From contig OX597825.1 of assembly GCA_951406725.2 (NCBI GenBank), forward strand, positions 43,710,001-43,774,000: a stretch of DNA of 64,000 bases, read 5' to 3'. The stretch comes from Octopus vulgaris. Lineage: Eukaryota. The first letter of the stretch is position 1, and the number at the start of each line of letters is the position of its first letter. Position numbers and translations under genes: made by a program. Below, in pieces: positions 28,151-40,217 of this stretch. The notes beneath the pieces are model-generated. The model had not been told where the DNA came from. It saw only the letters and a program-made list of their open reading frames with translations, and did no database searches.

Positions 28151-30260
28151 CAGAGATGATTGTAACAACGAATTTTTTATTGCCCACAGGGGACTAAATA
28201 TAGAATAGACAGTACATAAACAAGACGGTACAATGAAAGTGGGGACACAAAAACGGATGGAAGGATGAATAAAAATAAAATAAAATAAAATGAGTAATGA
28301 AATGATGAGGCCGACCCCCACGTCCGGGTGCCTTACAATCTTACCCTTTTCTCGAGGTTTTATAACTTTTTCTCTTTTTTGAAGAAAAACATTGTAAAAT
28401 GTCTAAACCAAAGTCTTGTTTTAATTTAAATAGACTCACCATTGTGGGCATCTCGCTGGTATCTATATTCTTTGCCACCTATTTAATGTTCTCTTCTTAT
28501 TCTTTTAGTTTATCCACATACATAGGGTTGACTATAATACAATCCAAATTCCTGGACACCTCATAACAAAGATACGTGCTCACATTTATTGTCTTGTCCC
28601 AACGATGGATTTCCTTTATAAATTTGGCATTTGCTTCATCGTAAAAAACGATGTACTTCTCTTTTCCCTTTCTTTCCTTACAGGGCAGGGGTTGGGAAAT
28701 TTGGGGCTCCTTTGTGCATATGCTCATTTTTTCCGTGTCGGGTAGAACAGGGAGAGGGTTAGTGTCTGCTGGGGATCGGTGGGACAAAGTGAACTTGGAT
28801 GGGAGTCGAGTGGGCGTGGGATGGGTTTCATCCCTCACAGGCTGTGTCTTTCTCATTTTCTTTCATTTTTTTTCCACTTTTTCCCATCTGTCGTCGTCCT
28901 TATTTTCGTCTATCTTTGCTTCTGCACTGGTTACTGCCGAAGGTAGAGCTGCGGCTTCCTTCCTAGTCACAGGCTTGGCTTGTATTTCTGCGGGTGATAA
29001 AGGACAGTCTACCCTAACATGACTCTTTTGGCCACATTTGTAGCATCGAGGGATCCTGCCCTCCACTAAAACCCTCAATATCATGTCCTCAGCCGTTATA
29101 GTTTCTATCATATTTTCTAGGACTTCCAGGGCGACCTGGATCATCATATAGAAACCCTGCCCCTACCAATTCTTGTGGGTAGTACAAGCGGCTTGGAGGA
29201 CCACCACCTTCTCCAAGCCCATAGGATAGCGTCCAACAGCCAGGCTACGTCTATTTCTGGGGGTATGTCTTCTACTCTTATCCTGGAAGCACGTCTTCCA
29301 AGGTATATGGTTAGAAGCACCACCTCCTCCGTTTTTAAAAGGGTTGCCTGGCGGTCGATGCATCTCGGAACCGCACCTATACAGTTCCAGAGAATCGGCT
29401 TCTGTTGAGGTACACAATCTCTCTCCATATGGGTTTTAAAGCTTTTTCAATTTGTGCAACTGTCATCACCTTAGTTTTCCTGTTCTTTACTGAAAATGTT
29501 CTCTTTTACTCTTTTACTTGTTTCAGTCATTTGACTGCGGCCATGCTGGAGCACCACCTTTTAGTCGAGCAAATCGACCCCGGGACTTATTCTTTGTAAG
29601 CCCAATACTTATTCTATCGGCCTCTTTTGCCGAACCGCTAAGTAACGGGGATGTAAACACACCAGCATCGGTTGTCAAGCAATGCTAGGGGGCCAAACAC
29701 AGACACACAAACACACACATACATATATATATATATACATATATACGAGGGGTTCTTTCAGTTTCCGTCTACCAAATCCACTCACAAGGCATTGGTCGGC
29801 CCAGGGCTATAATAGAAGACACTTGCCCAAGATGCCACACAGTGGGACTGAACCCGGAACCATGTGGTTGGTTAGCAAGCTACTTACCACACAGCCACTC
29901 CTGTTCTGTAAACATTTCCTTTTTCACCTTGAATTGCTTCACATAGTATCCGTCTCTTCTTAGTATCTCTACCAATTTCTCCCAAATTAATTTGTTTTTG
30001 GTGGCTTCTGGCCACCATTGTGAAATCCATCTTCCTGTCTGCATTGTCCAGGGCTTTTATCAGTTCCTCCTCCGAAGAGAATTCTGAGGAGTTTAAGTTC
30101 TCATAGTTTATCATCATTTCTCTTTTTCAAACAGCGCTGCTCCTTTCAAATAGGGGGGACAGCGTTAACAAAACTGCCGTACGACAGCAAAAACAAGTGT
30201 GTCAAAAAACACAACACTTAACTATAATCTTTACACCTCACAAACATACACGAACAAGTC
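28151..30260 (-). mobile_element. Array unit B: ORF1-only Tx1-like element (SINE inserted)
   Basis: ORF1 ~30117-28430 with 'YLGRRASRIRVEDIPPEIDVAWL' and 'PRCYKCGQKSHVRVDCP'; then ~270-bp UTR, AATAAA and junction motif; no ORF2. Confidence 0.8.
29503..29901 (-). mobile_element. Near full-length SINE family 1 inserted in unit B ORF1, 6-bp TSD
   Basis: Head 'ggagtggctgtgtggtaag...ggttcagtccc'; TSD tgttct at 29497-29502 and 29902-29907; excision restores 'VYRTFSVKNRK'. Confidence 0.92.
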
Positions 30261-32564
30261 GAGATGATTGGAACATATTTCTATTATTTTCCACAAGATT
30301 ACATAAAGGGGGACATACATGGGCACTTACATACATAAATATGGTATTACCATCATAAAAACAAAATTATAATCAAATCGGATTTGAAATGGGATGATTA
30401 TGAAGTTAAAAGTTTATGAGTATGAAAATTCCACTGGAATTAAAGCTCTCGGGGATCTGATTAACCCGCCGGTTCCTTTTTTTCAATAAGGCTTATATTT
30501 TTATTTTTTCTCCTCTCTTTCGTTGCCTCTGACCGGCTACACTGATTCGGTTCCATTTGCCCGCAGCATCTTTACCACTGACATCCATCTTTTCGCAAAT
30601 ACTCTTTGAGACAGACATTTTCTTTCTCGACGGATCTTGCTTAGCAGGTGGTAGTTGAAACAACTAACCAACCCGCCTCCAGAGATAAAGTTGCCCATCT
30701 CAATTCCTCTTCCACGCGTCGTCCATACTGTATTTTTCAGTATGGCTACTACATAGAAAAAAACACGCTTCCCTTTCTTTATTTAAGGAGGAAGGCGGTA
30801 CGATCTTGATGATGGACTCAGCCGATAGCTGTACTCCTTCTGCATCCGACATCAGCTGTTCGACATAGGCAATCAGCCCCCTCAATTCTACACATTGCAC
30901 GAAGGTGTGTGCGGCAATTTCACTCTCCCGCCCGCAGCCCGGATACGTGGGAGGGACGCCAAAACTGTACCTTGACAGCCTCTCTCGAACCGGTAAAACC
31001 AAGTCAGGGATTTCTGAAAGTTATCCAGGTACTTCGGCCCGTATGTCCTTCCAAACAGGTTGATTAACTGGTCCCTATCGAAGCCTAGACTTTCCCTCGT
31101 GACGTCGTCAGACTTGTACTCTACCAACCCGCTATAGAAATCCGTATTGGTAGCCCCGTTGCCGGTATTACTCACCCGGGAGAGCGGAGTGAATGCTTAT
31201 CTGCACTCCAGCTGCCATTCTTACAATCTAGGTTTACGCCTGATCCATGGGCCTAAGTCCCACAAGGACGTTAATTGCGAGAAGAAAAACTTAACGTGAG
31301 GTGACCACACCTGTTCACCATCCAAGTAGAGCTGGAGATGTCTCATCCTCAACACAAATTTGCGCATCACCAGCCAAGGCATCCCTAACCCACCCTTTAA
31401 CGGTTTTTGGCAGCAGAGAAAGCACCTCACAAGCAGTGGTTTCCTTTTCCACTAAAAGCGGAATATGAGCCGTTCCAACTTGTTCAGCCACAACTTGGGA
31501 CAAGGCACGACGGTTAGGCGGTAGATTATTACCGATGCTATGAACCCTTGTGTAACTTCTTCCCTCCCTAGCAAGGATAATGTCCTCCCAGACCAGGTCT
31601 GGGTCAGAGCAGTTACCTTGCTTGCTCGCGCCAGTTTTTCTCCATCTGGAAATCTAGCCCAAACCAGACTCCGTGTAGTTTAACCTGGCCCTCCGTCCAA
31701 CGTCCAACGACGCTGTTGGGAGGCATCGACTTGCATCTCCAGGTGCCGAGTTGCAAGCCGACTGATTTTTTTCTTGGTTAATTTTTGCCCCTGCCACCGA
31801 TTCGTATCTTTTGATCGCGTCTTCTACACGAGGTAGCTGCCTTTCATCAGACACGTACGCCGTCGCTCCTCTGACATCATCCGCGTACGCCGTCGCTCCT
31901 CAGATTGACCCCCGCGGCCCCCAGACTTCGCAGCGGTGGCTCAAGAGCCAATACATATAGAAGCGGGGACAGGGGTCAAACCTGGCGAACTGAACGTTCG
32001 ATTGCGAACGGATTCTAGAAGAAACTGTTCACTCGGACAACGGACTCGATACATAGCGCTGATCCAACCACGGAAAGTCGGGCCGCCAGATACCGGTGGC
32101 CAAACCTATCGAAGGCATTAGACTGGTACAAATTCACCAGTGTCCCACCCTTGCTAGGAACTTTACTAACCCACTCTATGGTGTAGCGGATGCGGTGAAG
32201 GTTGTCGTGTATCGTCTTTCCTGGGATGGCGCATGTTTGCGCTTCTCCCACTAGGTCGCTCACGACAAGCCTCACTCTCTTGGCTAATACCTTGGCCAAA
32301 ATCTTTAACTCTATGTTTAGCAGAGTTATGGGCCTAAATTATTAATGATATCCCCCTTGTTTGGGTCCTTCTCCCGGCATGGCTTGTTCTGGAGAACAAT
32401 TCATTTTTTCTTCAAGTCTCTTTGCCCCTAAATAGGGAAGAGAAAAACAAACAAAGACACAGGCCCGCAGGTAAATCAGCAATATTCAGCAACAGTAACA
32501 GTATTCCACATAATTCAACAATAAGCGCAAAGCCTTTACACAAAAATCACGACTAACTCAATCA
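30261..32564 (-). mobile_element. Array unit C: 5' UTR and first ORF1 codons fused to degraded Tx1-like RT, CCHC and 3' UTR
   Basis: 'KDPNKGDIINN.RPITLLNIELKILAKVLAKR', 'LVNLYQSNAFDR', 'AYADD', 'LKGGLGMPWL', 'YPGCGRESEIAAHTFVQC'. Confidence 0.88.
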
Positions 32565-34276
32565 GAGATGATTGGAACATATCTCTTTATTGGCCACTTA
32601 GGGCCTTCCATAGAAGGGACAGTACAAGAACAGACAAAACAATACAAAGTGGGGACATAAAGCACAAAATGAGTGGATGAGTATGAACTTATATAATAAT
32701 GGGCGTGAAACGGCCACCTGAGCCCCACTCTCGCGTAGTTACATTTAACTGTTTTTTAATCATTTTTTATCGTATAAAATTTTACTCACTTCGTATTACC
32801 AGTTCATGTATGGCATTAAGTCCTCATAATCCACGACCGGAGGTCATCGTACTCCACCTCCAATCCCAATGTGAACCAAACAATTCCTTAATTTGGCATC
32901 TCTTTCTTTGTCTATTAATAAGCCTTTGGTATTCTCAGAATGATCCTCAGTCGGCAATTTCACTCTGATAATCGATTTGAATTTGGTGATGTTATGTTCA
33001 ATTGCCGTTCTTTGGGAATATGTCATGATTGTGTACTTTGTTTTTACGGGGGGTTGTGTCTGTCTGCATTTGTATCTGCTTTTCTACGTGGTGAGCTAGG
33101 GCTATCTGGGACGGTTTCTTTTTTTCACTGGTGGTGATGTATGCTATGTGGGCGTATCTAATATGTTATGTGTTTTTTGTAGTGTCTGCAGTTTTGTTAT
33201 TTCTCCTCTTTTTCTTAGAGCTTTTCGGGGATGAATTTGTTGTTACATTTCTTTTTCTTTTGGGAACTTCGATAAATTCTTCCTCCTCTGTCTCATCCAT
33301 ACTCTCCTCCTGGGCTGGGGCTGTTGTCTCAGTACTCCTACTTGGTTCATTCTGATTTTCCGTTGTTTCATTACTTATCTGGGAGCACTTTATTTTAATG
33401 TGCTCCTTTACACCACAATGGTAATAGGTGGGCGGTCTTCCCTCTACCGCCACTGTCAATTTTCTATCTTCTGGTAGTAGCACTCCTTCCGTTACTTCCA
33501 GTCTTGTTGGGTAGCCTGGATAACCATTTCCAGGCCGTAACCCCAGCAATTCAATTTTTTTCATTCTTGCTACTTGTACGATCTTCGTATCTTCTCGGGT
33601 TCCATACATCACGGCTGCTACCAGCCACGCTTCTTCAATCTCGGGTGGCACCCTGTCGATCCTAATTCTAACGACTCATCTGCTGCAGTAGATCGGCAGG
33701 GGCACCCATTCATGTGACCTAAGTGGTACAGTTGAATGATTTATTGCCTCTTCTTCAGTGACAGACCTCACTTCCACTGTGCCATATCTTCCTCTTCTAG
33801 TGTAAAATATCACGATGTTTTTTGTCTCTTCCAAACATTTCTTGATGGCCTCATCTGCTGCCATCTCGATCTTCTTGCTGGTTAAAGACAACGTTCTGTA
33901 GAACACTGTCCTCTTTTTTGTATTGTTGGTTACTTCTTCCGGAGGATCTCAACCTTAAATTTGACGCTTCCTTCTGGAACAGTTCTTTGTAGTTCTCCGA
34001 TTTCCCATGATCAATATCGACCTCTAGCATCTTCAGCGAATTCGTTGCGGGGGTACGACTTCCCGCCGCCGAAGCATAGCTCCCGACATTGGCTTGTTCT
34101 TGTGAACAATTCATCTTTTTTATCAAATCTCTTTATCCCTAAATGGGGAAAAGAAAAACAAACAATAACACAGGGCCGCAGGCGATACAGCAGCAATATA
34201 CAGCAACAGCATCAATATTCAACAATAGTAACAGTTTTCCGCACAAAGCCTTCAAACAAAAATCACGACTAACTCA
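32565..34276 (-). mobile_element. Array unit D: ORF1-only Tx1-like element (~1.7 kb)
   Basis: 'YTRRGRYGTVEVRSVTEEEA', 'PPEIEEAWLVAA', 'PTYYHCGVKEHIKIKC', C-terminal 'LGLEVEY...PPVVDYEDLMPY', then UTR. Confidence 0.85.
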
Positions 34277-35962
34277 GAGATGACTGGAACAAATTTCTTT
34301 ATTCTGCTATAAAGGCGTTACATAGAGGAGACAGCACAAGGACAGACAGAACTATTCAAGTGGGGACAAAAACATGAAACGAATGAAAAGTGAAATTATA
34401 CCAAAATGAGGGTGTAATGTCCACTGGAGCCCCACTCTCGGGTGGTTACATTTAACTGGTTTTTTTAAAGTTTTTTTTATCTTGTGCTATAATCATAGAA
34501 TGATCTTACTTTGTATGGCGTTAAGTCGTCATAGTCAACGACCGGAGGTAAGGTACCGTACTCCACCTCCGGTCCCAAAGGGTCAATGTTCGATCCTTTT
34601 AATTTTTGGTATCCTTCTACGTCGGTTAAGACACCTTTCCTGTTTTCCTCCGCTGGGAATTTTATTCTCATTGCCAACTTATTTTCGCAATCCTAATTTC
34701 TATTGATGTACTTTTTTATATGTCATGATATATGCTCTTTGTTTTCTGGTGGTTTTGACGGGCTGTGTATTGTCTGCAATTCTGGTTGGAATCCTGTCTG
34801 GTTAACTAGGACTATGTGGGGTGATATCTCTTTTTTTTGTGGGGCTTGTGGTGGTAATGTGTGCTATGTGAATTTATCTGTGTGTCTCGTCTTCCATATT
34901 GCACTCTTCTTTTTTTCTTTATGTTGTTCTTCTGAGGCAAAACCGTTATTTTACCTCTCTTTCTCTTTGGAACCTCAGTAAATCCTCCCTCCTCTGGTTC
35001 CTCTGTGTTTTCTTCGATTGTTAGGGCTGCCCTCTCGATACTTTCTTTTAACTCGGGGCACTTTACTTTCATGTGCCCCTTCTCTCCATAGTGGTAGCAG
35101 GTGTGCGGTCGGCCCTCACTATCATTCTCAATTTCCTATCTTCTGGCAACAGTATCTCCTCCGATATAGAGTTTAAATCTTGGGTGGCCTGGATCACCAT
35201 TTCCAGGCCATAACCCAACCAATTCACATTTTTAGTCTTTGTCACTTGCAAAATTCTGGTTTCCTTTGTATCGTAGATTATAGCTGCCACCAGCCACGCC
35301 TCTTCTATTTCAGGAGGCACCCTGCCAACCCTGATCCTTGCGACCCCTTTTGCCGCAATAGGTTGGCAGGAGTACCCATTCCTCTGACCTTAAAGGCACA
35401 GTGGAGTGGATGAGTGACTCTTCTTCAGTGGCGAACCTCACCTCCACTGTATCGTACCTTCTTCCTCGGGTGTAAAATGTTATTGTATTCTTTATACTCT
35501 CCATGCACTTTTCTATGGCTTCCTCTACCGCCATTTCTATCTTTTTGCTGGTTAAGGACAGCGTTCTATAGAAAACTGTCCTTTTACCCATGCTTTTAGT
35601 TACTTCTTCCGGAGGAGTCAGCCCTAGACTTTCCCCCTTCCTTCTGGAGCAGCTCCCTGTGTCTTGCTAGCTTCTCGAGGGCTATTGCCACCTCTCGTAC
35701 CTCCAATGTGCTCGTAGCGCTGGTCGTGCGACTACCCGCCGCCGACACAAAGCTCCCGACGTGTTCCTATGAATACTCCATTTCAAAATTCTTTAGCCCA
35801 AACTGAGGAAAAGAAAAACAAACAAAAACCACAAGCCCGTATGCGAAACAGCAATAAGAATCCAACGGTAACAATCTCTAAGAATGGTAACAATAATAAG
35901 AGTATTTCGAGGAACGTAACAGTAGGCACGCAGCCGCAAACAAAATCACACTAGCAAGCTAG
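34277..35962 (-). mobile_element. Array unit E: ORF1-only Tx1-like element (~1.7 kb)
   Basis: 'YTRGRRYDTVEVRFATEEES', 'PPEIEEAWLVAA', 'TCYHYGEKGHMKVKCP', 'PLGPEVEYGTLPPVVDYDDLTPY', then UTR. Confidence 0.85.
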
Positions 35963-36615
35963 GAGGTGATTGGAACATTTTCTTTATTCGCCATAAAGGC
36001 GTAACATAGAAGGGATGGCACAAGGACAGACAATACAAGTTGTGACAAAATACAAAACTATGAATGAAATGAATATACAAAATGAGGATGAACGTCTTAT
36101 CTGAACCCCACTCTCAGGCAGTCACGTTTTACTGTTAATTATCTGTTAGTTCAACAATTTTCAATCGTTTAAAACAATTTTACTTTTTTTTTTACTTTAC
36201 CATACAAAATATGGCATAAGTTCACTATATTCTACCACCGGTGGGGAGGGAATCAAACCTCACTTCTAACCCCAGTTTATCTATACCGGATTTGAATGTT
36301 TCTTTTAATGCTGCGTGTCTTTGTTTATCAATTAAGATGCATTTTGTGTCTGATGCGTAGTCTAATAATGTTTTTTTAATTTTGTAATTTTTTTCTATGG
36401 ATGTCATTAAGTATGCTATCTGTTTTGGCGGGGTTTGACTGTGTTGTGTGTCTGCATGTGGATGCTTGGTAGGAGATTCTGGGCAGTTTTTTGAGGGGAT
36501 GATAGCAGTGATGTGCTGTATAAGTGCGTTGTTCTCTAGGGTTGTCTGTATTTCGTTTGTCGGTGTGTCTTGTTTTTGTGCGCATCTCTTCTTATTTTCA
36601 CATTGTTGTGTGTGC

Positions 36616-36680
<65 letters not shown>

Positions 36681-36750
36681 TGTGGTTTTTTTGTGTTTTT
36701 TTTATGATGTATTGGTTTGTTCTCTTTTCCTTCGGAATCTTTTTGGTATG
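35963..36750 (-). mobile_element. Array unit F: 5'-truncated ORF1-only element
   Basis: 'DTKCILIDKQRHAAL...KLGLEVRFDSLP/PVVEYSELMPY', followed by the shared UTR; (TG)n inside; abuts a Tc1 remnant. Confidence 0.8.
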
Positions 36751-36764
36751 TTCGTTTTAACTCC

Positions 36765-37375
36765 GTTAAACGTTCAGTAATATTGAGATCTGGGGACCAT
36801 GGTGGCCAAATAAGATGTTCAACTTCACTAGAATGTTCCTCGTGCCATTCAGTAACAACATAGCTGCTTGGTGCATTATCATCCTAAAAGATTGCGTTTC
36901 CCTCCGGAAACAGTTCTGCAACCATAGGATGAATTTGATCGGAAAAATGCTTAAATAGTCTTGACTATTAATTTTGCCATGAAGGGAAACCATTGAGCCG
37001 GCGGATTTCCAAGATATAGCGCCCCCAGATCACCACAACTGTTTAACAGTTGGAAGAAGGCAGACTGGGCCAAATTCTTCTTTTGGCTGTCTCCACACAT
37101 ATACTCGGCCGGTGGTCGGAAATAAGGTAAAGGTTGACTCGTCCAAGAAATAACATTCTTCCACTGCTCTAGGGACCAATTCTGTAGGTTTTTATTCTAT
37201 TCTCAACGCTTTGCAATGTTTGTTTTTGAAAGTGGTGGTTTTCTGATTGCAGCCCTCCTGTGAAATCCGGTTTGGTGTAGCTCATGGCGAACAGTTTTTG
37301 TGGAAACTGAGTTTGTCATTAAGCTCTGCAGTAATTTTGGGAGCTGTAGTTTTGTGATCCTTTCTAACAATTCTT
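36765..37375 (-). mobile_element. Tc1-like transposase remnant
   Basis: 'MVSLHGKINSQDYLSI', 'AIF*DDNAP', 'HLIWPPWSPDLNITE'. Confidence 0.85.
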
Positions 37376-37379
37376 ATGT

Positions 37380-39970
37380 TAGTACTGACTATCAGACATG
37401 AGAGAGTATTCTTGGTCGTCATGGTGCAGATCGAATGAACTCCAGGGGTCTGTGCATGCTCACCATCTGCAGGAAATTCGATCTAAGCATCTTTCAACAG
37501 TGGAACGTTTTCAAGACGACCTGGATGCATCCTAGATCTAAGAATTGGCATATCACTAAGACGCGAGAAAAAGGAACTTTAACATTACATGTTCCTTTCA
37601 TAACATCTGTTATCTCTCTATCCATTTTCTTCTTCGTGGTGAGGCTACGCTCTATCTGAAACACATAATACTAAAAAGGTCATCATTGTTTAAGCGCACC
37701 AATATTTTGTCTTTGAAATCCGCTGGCTGAGCTCTGTAATAATCTGATCACTGCACTCAGCATTGTTGATATCAGTGATGACATCGAGTCATCTTTTGTT
37801 CGTAAATATCAAGATTAGTTTCATGATAACAGTACAGATGTCCAGCAGTCGATAAATAAAATGTACAGCTCTCATAAAACATGGATCAATAATAAGAGCC
37901 CATCCAGCAAAAAAATGCTTATAAGAAATGATCCAACGTGCTCTTAGACAGATGAAGGAGGCTCGGTGGACATCCAAACTACTGAACTCCAAGAAACTGA
38001 CGACAAAGAATTCAAAAGTTTTCTATAATACCTTCGAGAAAGTGTATGGCCTTTAAGAGCACAGTGTTATTCCAACTTTTTCATCCAATGGAGAGGCACT
38101 GTTAACTGACAAATCTGACTTCCTGAAAAGATAGAAAGACCACTTCGAAGCTGAGTTGAATTCTACCCCGGTCATTGATGATGACGTTATAGTGTCTGTT
38201 TCACATTACGCTGAAATACCGGAACTGTCTCTAGGGCCAACCTTCCTGTAAGTGATAAACTCTGTTAGATAGATCTCTTCGTGTAAAGCGCCTGGCAAGA
38301 ATGCTGTCCCGTCTGAAATCTACAAGTACGGTGGACAGAAGCTTCTCAAGAAATTGCACGTCTTCTTAATAAATATTTGGAGGATAGGCAGTGTAGTACA
38401 GGATTTAAGGACGCATCAGTTCAACAACTTTATAAGAACAAAGGATATCGTGGGATATCTCTTCTGTCTATTGCTGGTAAGAGTTTTTGCTCGACTAATT
38501 ATTGACAGGATCATCAAATACGTCGTAAATGACATCTATCCAGAATAGCACTATCGACATGATCTTTTCCCTTCGTCAAGGTCACCGAGAAGGTACGTGA
38601 GAAACATCAGGAGCTATTCATGGTATTCATTGACCTTATTAAGGCTTTTGACACTGTTAACCTGCAAGCGCTTTGGTATGTTCTGAAAAAGCTTCGTATA
38701 CCTGACAATACATTGAATGTTATCATCTTTTATGAGGGAACAAAAGCTGCTACTGTGTGCGGGGAATCTTCTGCTCCCTACGATGTTACAAATGGCACAA
38801 AGCAAGGTTGCGTCATCGACCTTGTTTTTTTTTGTACTCTTCTTTTCGGTGATATTGAAGTATGCTTTGGACGACATAGTAAGTGGTGTTAAGTTACAGT
38901 TACAAGCATGTTGTGGACTATTCACTCATCAGCGTTTCAAAGCCAAAACACTACTATGCACCAGTATCATTCGTGATCTGCTTTGCGCTGTACTAGTAGT
39001 GATTCCCTAGAGGAAGCTCAGGAACTTCTTGGTTGGTTTTCAGCTGCATGTTAAGCCTTCAGTTTGACCATCAGCATAACGAAGATAGAAGTGATCTTCC
39101 AACCTCCTGAGCAAATTCAAGGCGTCATGCAGAGACCACCAGTTCAGAATTTCCCTGACACTCCTATACAGATTAACGGGAAAAACTTAAGTATGTGAAG
39201 TCATTTACATACCTTGGTAATAAAGTAAACTCAATCGCTTCCCTTGCTGATGAAATTGTCAACCGTCTTGCTAAAGCAACCAACGCAGCGAACTCCGTCA
39301 TTGCCTATGGAATGAAAGAAGCATTATACTTGACATCAAAATACAGGTCTATAACTGCCATGGCACGGAATCGTGGACACCCTATAGGTGGGACATTAAC
39401 CAACTAGACGTCTTCCACAAAGGCTGTCTTAGAACAATCTGCGGTTATACACTAAAACACAGAGTGTCTAATGTAGGCCTATTTAGCAAGTATAAGATTG
39501 ACGGAATCAAAAGTTTCCTTATGCAGTCGCAATTACGCTGAGCTGGTCATGTTGTCAGAATGGGTGACAAAAGAATACCCAAAGTCCTCATGTACACCCA
39601 GCTTCATATGGATACAAGAATGTTGGTCGACCATGGCTCAGATATAAGGATAAGTAACCTATATAACTCACAATCTATATAGCTCACAACACCTTTGAAG
39701 AAATATCCTTGGAGCAATCAGAATGGAGACCGTCGTGTGAAATAAGTATAAGAGATTTTATTTCCACCAGCATTAACAGGCAAAGGAGAGAAGTGGCTGC
39801 GAATACATCGCCTGCACTGACCCGTAATCCGCATACTTGCAACATCTGCGGTCTTTATAATAAGTCGTTGGCAGGACTTAAATGTCACATTAGACAGAAG
39901 CATTATGACTGACAAAGAAAGTGTAGTTTGTCGGATCGTCATACGCCAAAATCGACGAGAGTGTCCATCA
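37380..39970 (+). mobile_element. Old degraded RTE-clade LINE (APE, RT, C-terminal C2H2 finger)
   Basis: 'KTTWMHPRSKNWH', 'VFIDLIKAFDTVN', 'GTKQGCV', 'FTYLG', 'CNICGLYNKSLAGLKCHIRQKH'; many stops and frameshifts. Confidence 0.88.
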
Positions 39971-40217
39971 TGTGTGTGTATGAGTGTGTGTGTGTGTGTG
40001 TGTGTGTGCGTGTGTGTGTGTGCACAAATATACGTATATGTATATGCATGCATCTATGTACACATGGAGGAGAAATGGCGGAGTCCTCAGAGCATATAGA
40101 TTCTTAAACTCGTTGTTCAAATACTGCGTATGGCAACCTTGCCGTTTTTACTTCCAAAAGCAATCAATAAAGTACCAACAATACATACACACACACATTC
40201 ACAAATATATATAGAGA

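Noticed and set aside
29820-29901. tRNA-like A/B boxes here and at 2890, 17500, 40218, 48148 and 49098 as tRNA genes
   Set aside because: They continue into multi-copy SINE bodies and do not form complete cloverleaves.
32565-32578. Junction motif as a piece of U2/U1/U6 snRNA, 5S rRNA, tRNA or telomeric repeat
   Set aside because: No match to those sequences as I recall them, and no flanking RNA-gene sequence; an Rfam search is needed to exclude this fully.
28151-35976. Recurring 14-nt motif read as a CRISPR-like repeat
   Set aside because: Spacing is 1.7-2.3 kb, the intervening DNA is retroelement sequence, the context is eukaryotic and there are no cas genes.
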